A stretch of 64,000 nucleotides of DNA from an uncultured Bacilli bacterium (GTDB lineage: Bacteria > Bacillota_I > Bacilli_A > RF39 > UBA660). The position numbers were made by a program, and so were the translations under genes. The stretch's first letter is position 1; every line of letters begins with the position of its first letter. Of this stretch, positions 29,789-37,081 are shown piece after piece. The notes under the pieces were generated by a model. That model saw only the letters and a list, made by a program, of their open reading frames with translations. It ran no database searches and had not been told where the DNA came from. The DNA lies in contig CALVHX010000001.1 of assembly GCA_944329195.1 (NCBI GenBank), forward strand, positions 3,562 through 67,561, written 5' to 3'.

Positions 29789-29875
29789 TTAATAATATTA
29801 ACAGTAATCAGTCATTTATTGATATATTAGTATAATTATATTGTTGTAAATAGGTATTTTATATGGTAATATGTT

Positions 29876-29891
29876 TATGTTTCACGTGAAA
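29876..29891. promoter_or_regulatory. parS site 8 (exact consensus), immediately upstream of and overlapping the tadA 5' region and RBS
   Basis: Exact 16-bp palindrome ending 4 nt before the GGAG RBS of tadA. Confidence 0.7.
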
Positions 29892-29909
29892 CATGGAGTT
29901 TGTGATAAT

Positions 29910-30338
29910 ATGATTGATAATGATAGAATGTTGATGGCATTAGAACAAGCAAAAAAAGCATATGAATTGGATGAAATACCTGTTGGTTGTGTTATTTTTA
30001 GAAAAAATGAGTTGGTGAGTTGTGGATTTAATAGAAAAGAGAGCAAATGTAATTCTGTTATGCATGCTGAAATGATTGCTATTAACGCTGCTTGTGAAAA
30101 GCTTGGACGTTGGAGGCTTGACGACTGTTGTTTATATGTGACTTTAAAACCTTGTATGATGTGTATGGGTGCTATAATTGAAAGTAGAATTAAAAAAGTG
30201 TATTATGGAACTGAAAATAATGTCGAACAAATGTACGATATAAGTAAAATTTCAAAGTTTGTTAATCTTTATAATCTTGAAAATAACGATTGTTCTAAAA
30301 TATTGTCAGATTTTTTTAAAAACAAAAGAAAAAAGTGA
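29910..30338 (+). CDS. tadA: tRNA-specific adenosine deaminase TadA
   Basis: CDA zinc motifs HAEMIAI and PCMMCMGAI. The ORF is open from ATG 29871, which lies inside parS site 8, but GGAG precedes ATG 29910. Confidence 0.8.
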   Translation: MIDNDRMLMALEQAKKAYELDEIPVGCVIFRKNELVSCGFNRKESKCNSVMHAEMIAINAACEKLGRWRLDDCCLYVTLKPCMMCMGAIIESRIKKVYYGTENNVEQMYDISKISKFVNLYNLENNDCSKILSDFFKNKRKK

Positions 30339-30383
30339 AATTTTCACTTGTTTTTGTGCTATAATATTGTCGATAGGAGGCAT

Positions 30384-32054
30384 ATGGTGAGTTATTTAGC
30401 TTTGTATAGAAAATATAGGCCGAATAATTTTGATGATGTAAGTGGTCAAGAAAAAGTAGTAGCTGTTATTAAAAATGCGATTGTTAATAATAAAGTTTCT
30501 CATGCATATTTATTTAGTGGACCTAGGGGAACTGGTAAGACTACTATTGCTAAAATATTGGCTCGACTTGTTAATTGTGAAAATTTATCTTCAGATGGCA
30601 AACCTTGTGGAAAATGTTATAGTTGTGTTAATTATTTTAATAGTAACGATATTGTTGAAATTGATGCAGCTTCTAATAATGGTGTTGATGAAATTAGAGA
30701 ACTTAGGGATAAGATTAATTTAGTGCCAAGTAATTCTAAATATAAGGTATACATAATTGATGAGGTACACATGCTTACAACGCAAGCTTTTAATGCTTTG
30801 TTAAAAACTTTAGAAGAACCTCCATCTCACATTATATTTATTTTAGCTACTACTGATCCGCAAAAGGTTCCTTTGACTATATCTTCTAGATGTCAAAAAT
30901 TTCAGTTTTCTAAATTGGATGTTACGAAGATTGTTGAGAGATTAGAACAAATTGTCAATTCTGAAAATATTGATATTGAAAATGACGCACTGTTCGAAAT
31001 TGCAAGACTAGCGGAAGGTGGCATGCGAGATGCTATCAATATATTAGACCAGCTAGTTGCTTATAAAAACGATAAAATTACCTTGGAAGATGTTTATTTA
31101 GTTAATGGCTCGATTTCATATGATGATGTTTTAAAGTTGATGAATGCTATTAGATTAAATGATAAAATTGAAATAATTAAATTTATTGATTTTTTTGATA
31201 ATAGTGGTAAAGAGGTCAATAAATTTGTTCAAGAATTAATTGTTTTTTTAAAAGATGTTATTTTGTATAAAAATACTGGCATTTTGACTGGTATTGAAGT
31301 TAAAAATAGTTGTGTTAAATCCGTTGCTGATCTATATGATGATATTATTTTATATAATTTTATAGAAGATTTGAATGAGACTAGCAATAGAATAAAATTT
31401 TCTTCTCATTCTTCGATAATTTTTATGACAGCAGTTCTAAAATTTTCAAATAATTATTTTTGTGAGGGTACTGAAAATATTTCCCGGGAAATAATTAAAA
31501 AGAGTTTTGATAATAAAAAAGAGCAAAATAAAAAAGAACAACTAAAAGAAAATATTTCCCGGGAAATAATTAAGGCCAATGAAGCTTCTTCTATGTCCGA
31601 CAAAGAAATAAAAGTAAGAATAAATAATTCGCTTGCCTTAGCTTCTAAATCTTTTTTGCAAGAATTAAAGAGTAATTGGAATAGAATAGATGATTATATT
31701 TATGATGATAGTTTTTCTGTGGTGAGTGGTCTGCTTAAGGATTCTGTGCCTGTTGTTGGATCTTCTACTAATTTAATTATTGTCAATAGGCTTGATTCTG
31801 TTGTTAATAGAATTAATGAAAATATATTGTTGATAGAAAAGTTGTTGAAAAAAATATTTAATTATAATATGCAAGTTGTTGCCATTGATGAGGATACTTG
31901 GTGTGAGGAAAAAAATAAATATATTATTAATTTAAAAAAGGGAATTAAGTATGAAATTATTGATTCTAAAGAAAAAAATACCGAGAGAAAGGTAAAAAAT
32001 TCTGTTGATGAACTTATTGGTTTGATTGGTGAAAGTGTTATTGAGTATAAATAA
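30384..32054 (+). CDS. dnaX: DNA polymerase III subunit gamma/tau
   Basis: RYRPNNFDDVSGQ, GPRGTGKTT, zinc module CGKCYSC, DEVHML. Carries two in-frame NBS palindromes that encode ENISREIIK twice. ATG 30384 follows an AGGAGG RBS. Confidence 0.85.
   Translation: MVSYLALYRKYRPNNFDDVSGQEKVVAVIKNAIVNNKVSHAYLFSGPRGTGKTTIAKILARLVNCENLSSDGKPCGKCYSCVNYFNSNDIVEIDAASNNGVDEIRELRDKINLVPSNSKYKVYIIDEVHMLTTQAFNALLKTLEEPPSHIIFILATTDPQKVPLTISSRCQKFQFSKLDVTKIVERLEQIVNSENIDIENDALFEIARLAEGGMRDAINILDQLVAYKNDKITLEDVYLVNGSISYDDVLKLMNAIRLNDKIEIIKFIDFFDNSGKEVNKFVQELIVFLKDVILYKNTGILTGIEVKNSCVKSVADLYDDIILYNFIEDLNETSNRIKFSSHSSIIFMTAVLKFSNNYFCEGTENISREIIKKSFDNKKEQNKKEQLKENISREIIKANEASSMSDKEIKVRINNSLALASKSFLQELKSNWNRIDDYIYDDSFSVVSGLLKDSVPVVGSSTNLIIVNRLDSVVNRINENILLIEKLLKKIFNYNMQVVAIDEDTWCEEKNKYIINLKKGIKYEIIDSKEKNTERKVKNSVDELIGLIGESVIEYK
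31478..31493. promoter_or_regulatory. NBS-like palindrome (copy 6) inside the dnaX coding sequence, in frame
   Basis: Exact 16-mer, part of the 26-bp direct repeat GAAAATATTTCCCGGGAAATAATTAA. Confidence 0.6.
31553..31568. promoter_or_regulatory. NBS-like palindrome (copy 7) inside the dnaX coding sequence, in frame, 75 bp after copy 6
   Basis: Exact 16-mer. Second copy of the 26-bp direct repeat. Confidence 0.6.
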
Positions 32055-32074
32055 GAAAGGGAGAGTGTTTATAA

Positions 32075-32371
32075 ATGAATATGCAAAATTTAATGATGCA
32101 AGCTAAAAAAATGCAAAATGATATTATGAAAGTTCAAGGTGAACTTGAAAAAAAGGTTTACGAAGGCAAATCTCAATTGGTAGTGGCTAGTGTAAATGGA
32201 AAAGGGAGAGTTTTATCTGTCGATATTGATTCTTCTATAATTTCTTCTGAAGATAAAGAGGTTCTTGAAGATATGGTTCTTCTTGCTATAAATAATGCTT
32301 TAGAAAAAATGGAAGCTGATAAGGAAGAAAAACTTGGAAAATATGGTAAAATGTTTAATGGTTTGATGTGA
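32075..32371 (+). CDS. ebfC: nucleoid-associated protein YbaB/EbfC
   Basis: 98 aa; MNMQNLMMQAKKMQNDIMKVQGELE; conserved position after dnaX. Confidence 0.8.
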   Translation: MNMQNLMMQAKKMQNDIMKVQGELEKKVYEGKSQLVVASVNGKGRVLSVDIDSSIISSEDKEVLEDMVLLAINNALEKMEADKEEKLGKYGKMFNGLM

Positions 32372-32372
32372 T

Positions 32373-32966
32373 ATGTATCCAGAGTGTTTAAAAAAAGTAA
32401 TTGAATGTTTAAAGGATTTACCTGGTATTGGTGAAAAAACAGCGGAAAGACTGGCATTTTCTTTGGTGAATTTTAGTAAAGAAAGACTTACTGTATTTTC
32501 AAATTCGATTATTGATTTGCGCGATAAAATATCTAATTGTAGTATTTGTGGCAACATTACCGATAATGATATATGTTCTATTTGCTCTGATTCTAATCGA
32601 AATGGTAAAATTATTTTTGTTGTTGAAAAAGCTAAAGATATTTCGCTTTTTGAAAAGATTAATGTATATAATGGCAAGTATCATGTTTTAGGAGGACTTA
32701 TATCGCCTCTCGAAGGGATCGGTCCAGAAGATATTAATATAAATAGTTTGTTAGATAGAATAAAGAAAAATGATATTGAAGAAATAATATTAGCGCTTAA
32801 GCCTTCTATTGAAGGTGAAACTACTATGCAATACATTAAAAAAATTTTGGAAAATAGTAATGTTAAAATTACTAAAATTGCGACAGGTATACCTATTGGT
32901 ACGGATATTGAGTATATTGATGCTATGACTTTAGAATTTGCTTTGGAGGGAAGAAAAGACATATAA
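32373..32966 (+). CDS. recR: recombination protein RecR
   Basis: HhH LPGIGEKTAERLAF, C4 zinc finger CSICGNITDNDICSICSD, Toprim domain. Confidence 0.9.
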   Translation: MYPECLKKVIECLKDLPGIGEKTAERLAFSLVNFSKERLTVFSNSIIDLRDKISNCSICGNITDNDICSICSDSNRNGKIIFVVEKAKDISLFEKINVYNGKYHVLGGLISPLEGIGPEDININSLLDRIKKNDIEEIILALKPSIEGETTMQYIKKILENSNVKITKIATGIPIGTDIEYIDAMTLEFALEGRKDI

Positions 32967-32989
32967 AGTTATTATATTCATATATTTTA

Positions 32990-33190
32990 TTGGGTGAAAT
33001 TATGATTAAAAAAATATTTAATTTAATTAAGAAGTTTGTATTGGCAGTTTTATTTATTTATGGTTATAATGTTATTGTTTCTCCTATTAATACAACTATG
33101 CCTATTAATTTTTTGACTATTTTGCTTGTTACTTTCTTTGGACTTCCTGCTGTTATTGGTTATTGTCTTTTTTCTTTATTTGTTTTTTGA
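32990..33190 (+). CDS. bofA: BofA-family small membrane protein (pro-sigmaK processing inhibitor-like)
   Basis: MPINFLTILLVTFFGLPAVIGYCLF resembles B. subtilis BofA VPINLVTTAISGILGIPGIAALVV. Same position downstream of recR as in Bacillus. Confidence 0.45.
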   Translation: MGEIMIKKIFNLIKKFVLAVLFIYGYNVIVSPINTTMPINFLTILLVTFFGLPAVIGYCLFSLFVF

Positions 33191-33203
33191 TGAGGTGGAA
33201 AAT

Positions 33204-34136
33204 ATGCTAGATACTTATAAAAATGGACAACCTGTTGCTTATAACATCATGATTAATGCAATAAATAATGATAAGTTATCTCATGCTTACTTATTTAATA
33301 CAAATGATAATGATGATGCTATCGATATTATTTTTTCCTTTGTTAAAGAGATTATTTGTAATTATCGTGATTTGAACGAGAGAGAAAATATAATTAAGAG
33401 AATTGATGATGGTAATTATCTTGATGTTAAAGTTATTGAACCAGATGGTATCTGGATAAAAAAAGAACAGATGTTAGAATTACAAAACGAATTTAGTAAA
33501 AAGTCTATTGAAGGTAAAAAAAAAATATATATAATTAAATCGGCTGAAAAAATGAATGTGCAGACAGCTAATTCTTTACTTAAGTTTTTAGAAGAACCTA
33601 TCGATGATATTATTGCTATTTTAGTTACAAATAATATTAATTTAATACTGCCTACTATTATATCAAGATGTCAAGTTATTAAATTGAATAAAAAAAATTT
33701 TTTTGATAGTACGATAGAAAATTTTTCATCATTACTTAAACGTTTTCAAATTTTTTTAAGTTTAGAGGAAAAAGAAAAATTTATAAATGATGTGGTTAAT
33801 TTTATTAATTACCTTGAAAAAAATGGGATTGATTTACTTATTTATACAAGAAATATGTGGCACAATAATTTTAAAAATAGGGAGAGTAATATATTAGCCA
33901 TAGAAGTCATGATTTACTTTTATTATGATGTATTAAAATTGAAAATGAATGATGATGTGAATTTCTTTAAAGATAGAATTGATGATGTAAAAGATGTTAG
34001 TGATACTAATTCTTTGGAAATTTTACTTAAAAAAATTGAATATTTAGATGATGCTGAATATAATTTAAAACGAAATTTGAATATTAATTTACTTATTGAT
34101 AAACTTATTTTAGATATGTGTGGTGATGAGTTATGA
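33204..34136 (+). CDS. holB: DNA polymerase III delta' subunit
   Basis: AAA+ clamp-loader fold (LSHAYLFN...IEGKKKIYIIKSAEKMN, SRCQVIKL). GAGGTGG RBS before ATG 33204. Confidence 0.75.
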   Translation: MLDTYKNGQPVAYNIMINAINNDKLSHAYLFNTNDNDDAIDIIFSFVKEIICNYRDLNERENIIKRIDDGNYLDVKVIEPDGIWIKKEQMLELQNEFSKKSIEGKKKIYIIKSAEKMNVQTANSLLKFLEEPIDDIIAILVTNNINLILPTIISRCQVIKLNKKNFFDSTIENFSSLLKRFQIFLSLEEKEKFINDVVNFINYLEKNGIDLLIYTRNMWHNNFKNRESNILAIEVMIYFYYDVLKLKMNDDVNFFKDRIDDVKDVSDTNSLEILLKKIEYLDDAEYNLKRNLNINLLIDKLILDMCGDEL

Positions 34137-34909
34137 AAATTGTTGGTATTAAGATAAATGATGTTGGTAAGGTATATTATTTTGATAGTAATGGTCTTGA
34201 TTTGAAGATTAATTTAACTGTAATTGTCGATACGGATAGGGGCCTTCAGTTTGGTAAAGTTGTGGAGTTAAATGTATCTATTGATGATGATACTTCTTAT
34301 AAAAAGGTTATTAGAATTGCTACTAAAAAAGATTATTTACAGCATTTAAAAAATATTGAAGATTCGGAAAAGGCGATTATTAAGTGTAAGGACTTGATTA
34401 AAAAGTATAACCTTAACATGTCAATAATTGATGCAAATTATAATTTTGATAGGAGTCAGTTACTTTTTAGATTTGTATCGGAAGAAAGAGTTGATTTTAG
34501 ACAACTTGCTAAGGAATTGGGATCAAAACTTAAAACTAGAATTGAGTTAAGACAAATTGGTATAAGAGATAAAGCAAAGGAGGTAGGTGGAATTGGTCCG
34601 TGTGGAAGGTTTTTATGTTGTAACACTTTTTTGACTAATTTTAATACGGTATCTATAAATATGGCTAAAAATCAAGGTTTGGCTCTGAATCCCACTAAAA
34701 TTAATGGTGTTTGCGGAAGACTTCTTTGTTGTTTGAATTATGAAAATGATCAATATCTTAAGTTAAAAAAGAATTTACCTTTAATTGGCGATAAAGTTAT
34801 TATAAATGATACTGAGGGAAAAGTAATTTCTATCGAACCTTTACTTGGTAAGTATAAGGTTTTGATTAATGGTAGTGAAATTATTGAATTTAATGAAAAT
34901 GATAGTTAA
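34133..34909 (+). CDS. ricT: PSP1-domain protein RicT/YaaT
   Basis: PSP1 C-terminal cysteine clusters CGRFLCC and CGRLLCCLNYE. Position after holB as in B. subtilis. Confidence 0.75.
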   Translation: MKIVGIKINDVGKVYYFDSNGLDLKINLTVIVDTDRGLQFGKVVELNVSIDDDTSYKKVIRIATKKDYLQHLKNIEDSEKAIIKCKDLIKKYNLNMSIIDANYNFDRSQLLFRFVSEERVDFRQLAKELGSKLKTRIELRQIGIRDKAKEVGGIGPCGRFLCCNTFLTNFNTVSINMAKNQGLALNPTKINGVCGRLLCCLNYENDQYLKLKKNLPLIGDKVIINDTEGKVISIEPLLGKYKVLINGSEIIEFNENDS

Positions 34910-35621
34910 AAATAGATTATTAAATTTTAAAGATGCTTATATATATCAAGATACGGAATATTTTAAAATGTCTCTTGATTCTCTTTTGCTTGCTAATTTT
35001 GTTACGATTAATTTTAGAGATAAAAAAATTTTAGATATTGCTACTGGTAATGCTCCTATTCCTATGCTGCTTTTTTATCGGACAAAGGCTGAAATATATG
35101 GGATTGAACTTCAAAAAGAAATCTACTTGTTAGGTAGGCTTTCAATAAAAGAAAATAGAATGACTGATAGGATTCATTTAATTAATGACGATGCTATTAA
35201 TTTACCAAATCTGTTTGATATAGAAAGCTTTGATGTTATTACGTGTAATCCTCCTTATTTTAAAACTAACAATGAAAAATTTGAAAATCGTAATAAAATT
35301 AAAGCATTAGCGCGCCATGAAAAAATGTTAACTTTGGATAAGCTTATAGTTTTAAGTAAAAAAATGCTTAAAAATAATGGTAGATTTGCTATGGTTCATA
35401 GAACCGATAGATTGATGGAAATTATTGATATTATGAAAAAAAATCATATTGAGCCAAAGAAAATTAGATTTATTTATCCTAATAATAAAAAAAATAGCGA
35501 TTTATTATTAATTGAAGGTATTAAAAATGGTAAACCGGGGCTTAAATTGTTGCCGCCTTTATTTGTTTATGATGAGAATAATAAATATACTAAAGAAATC
35601 AGTGATATGTTTGGAGAGTGA
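34893..35621 (+). CDS. class I SAM-dependent methyltransferase YabB/TrmN6-like (tRNA m6A37 MTase family)
   Basis: SAM motif ILDIATGNAP and catalytic NPPY. Start chosen at ATG 34893 (the ORF opens at 34869 and overlaps ricT). Confidence 0.6.
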   Translation: MKMIVKNRLLNFKDAYIYQDTEYFKMSLDSLLLANFVTINFRDKKILDIATGNAPIPMLLFYRTKAEIYGIELQKEIYLLGRLSIKENRMTDRIHLINDDAINLPNLFDIESFDVITCNPPYFKTNNEKFENRNKIKALARHEKMLTLDKLIVLSKKMLKNNGRFAMVHRTDRLMEIIDIMKKNHIEPKKIRFIYPNNKKNSDLLLIEGIKNGKPGLKLLPPLFVYDENNKYTKEISDMFGE

Positions 35622-35626
35622 ATTTT

Positions 35627-36466
35627 ATGAGACAAGATAGTTATGATGGTAGTGCTACTTTGTTTTTGATATCTACTCCTATTGGTAATTTGGATGATAT
35701 TACTTATAGGTCTATTAGAGTACTAAAGGAAGTTGATGCTATTTTTTCTGAAGATACTAGAGTTACTCTTAATTTACTTAATAGTTTAAACATAAAGAAA
35801 AAGCTTATTTCACTTCATGAGCATAACGAAGAAAGTGTTAAGGAAAAGGTTTTGAATTATTTAAAAAATAATAATTCTGTGGCTCTAGTTACGGATAGAG
35901 GGACTCCTATTATTAGTGATCCTGGCTTTAAGACTGTAAAATACGTTATTGAAAATAATTATAATGTTGTAGCGTTACCTGGTGCAACTGCTTTAATTCC
36001 GGCTCTTATTACTTCTGGTATTTCTCCTCAGCCTTTTTTATTTTATGGTTTCTTAAATAGCAAAGAAAATAAGAAAAGAGAAGAATTAGTTAAGTTAAGT
36101 AGTAGGAAAGAGACAATGATTTTTTATGAGGCGCCTCATCGAATTAAAAATACTCTGTCTCTAATGTATGAAATATTTGGTAATAGAATTATTAGTGTTT
36201 CAAGGGAATTAACTAAGAAATTTGAAACTATTTATAGAGGGGATATTAAATCTATTGTTGATTTGATTGATGAGAAAGGTGAATTTGTTATTGTTGTTGA
36301 GGGAAATAAGAAGACAGATGAGATATCTGATGTTCCTATAAAAGATGCAGTTGAATTTTATATTAATTCTGGACTAGATACTATGTCTGCGATTAAAAAG
36401 GTAGCTAAAGAAAGAAATTTAGTTAAAAATGATGTTTATATGGAATATCATAGGGAGAGTGAATAA
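35627..36466 (+). CDS. rsmI: 16S rRNA (cytidine1402-2'-O)-methyltransferase RsmI
   Basis: Tetrapyrrole-methylase fold LFLISTPIGNLDDITYRSIRVLKEVDAIFSEDTR. Confidence 0.8.
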   Translation: MRQDSYDGSATLFLISTPIGNLDDITYRSIRVLKEVDAIFSEDTRVTLNLLNSLNIKKKLISLHEHNEESVKEKVLNYLKNNNSVALVTDRGTPIISDPGFKTVKYVIENNYNVVALPGATALIPALITSGISPQPFLFYGFLNSKENKKREELVKLSSRKETMIFYEAPHRIKNTLSLMYEIFGNRIISVSRELTKKFETIYRGDIKSIVDLIDEKGEFVIVVEGNKKTDEISDVPIKDAVEFYINSGLDTMSAIKKVAKERNLVKNDVYMEYHRESE

Positions 36467-37038
36467 TGAAATTGATAGTGGGTCTTGGTAATCCGGGAAA
36501 ACAATATGAAAAAACAAGACATAATGTTGGTTATGAACTTATTGACTTTATTGCGGATGAATATGATTTGGTTTTTAAAAGCAGTAAAAAATTTAATTCT
36601 CTATATTCTGAAATAAACTTCAATAATGAAAAAATTATTTTAGTTAAGCCTTTGTCTTATATGAATTTGTCTGGTGATGTTGTCAGTAAATATATTAAAT
36701 TTTACAACATTAATACTTGTGATCTTTTAGTTTTTCAGGATGATTTAGATATGGACCTTGGAAAAATTAGAATACTTTATAATAGTTCCAGCGGTGGTCA
36801 TAATGGTATCAAAGATATAGAAAGAAAGCTTGGGACAAGAGAGTTTGTTAGACTTAAAATAGGTATTTCTAATGATAGAAATATAGATACTAAAGATTAT
36901 GTACTTAGTAAATTTAGTGATGATGAAAATGAAATTTTAAGTAAAACGTATTTTAAAATAAAAAATATACTTGAAGATTTTGCTGTCTATGATGTTAATA
37001 AATTGAAACAAATATATAATAGTAAAAATAATGAATAA
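36466..37038 (+). CDS. pth: peptidyl-tRNA hydrolase
   Basis: MKLIVGLGNPGKQYEKTRHNVG and GGHNGIKD. Confidence 0.9.
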   Translation: MKLIVGLGNPGKQYEKTRHNVGYELIDFIADEYDLVFKSSKKFNSLYSEINFNNEKIILVKPLSYMNLSGDVVSKYIKFYNINTCDLLVFQDDLDMDLGKIRILYNSSSGGHNGIKDIERKLGTREFVRLKIGISNDRNIDTKDYVLSKFSDDENEILSKTYFKIKNILEDFAVYDVNKLKQIYNSKNNE

Positions 37039-37081
37039 GTATATTTTAAGTGTGTCTTTTTTTAGAAAGGATTGATCAGTA

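Larger units (their letters stand above)
28966..29891. repeat. centromere-like array of 8 parS sites (TGTTYCACGTGRAACA) with irregular AT-rich spacers; includes a 294 bp tandem duplication (29189-29482 and 29483-29772, about 97% identical)
   Basis: Sites at 28966-28981, 29076-29091, 29189-29204, 29390-29405, 29483-29498, 29684-29699, 29773-29788 and 29876-29891. Copies 7 and 8 are the exact parS consensus TGTTTCACGTGAAACA. Copy 2 is TGTTCCACGTGAAACA. Confidence 0.75.

Noticed and set aside
28966-29891. Palindromic repeats separated by unique spacers looked superficially like a CRISPR array
   Set aside because: The repeats are only 16-18 bp and vary in sequence. Spacer lengths are irregular (about 70-190 bp) and two spacers are duplicates of each other. 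There are no cas genes. The repeat matches the parS consensus exactly.
29871-29909. Upstream ATG 29871 as the tadA start (MFMFHVKHGVCDN...)
   Set aside because: That ATG lies inside parS site 8 and has no RBS. GGAG precedes ATG 29910, which gives a typical TadA N-terminus.
8615-31575. TATTTCCCGGGAAATA copies as a restriction-modification target, or merely as intrinsic terminators
   Set aside because: Not excluded, but RM pressure normally depletes palindromes, and two copies are in frame inside dnaX where a terminator would be deleterious. The exact match to the Noc NBS consensus is the more parsimonious reading.
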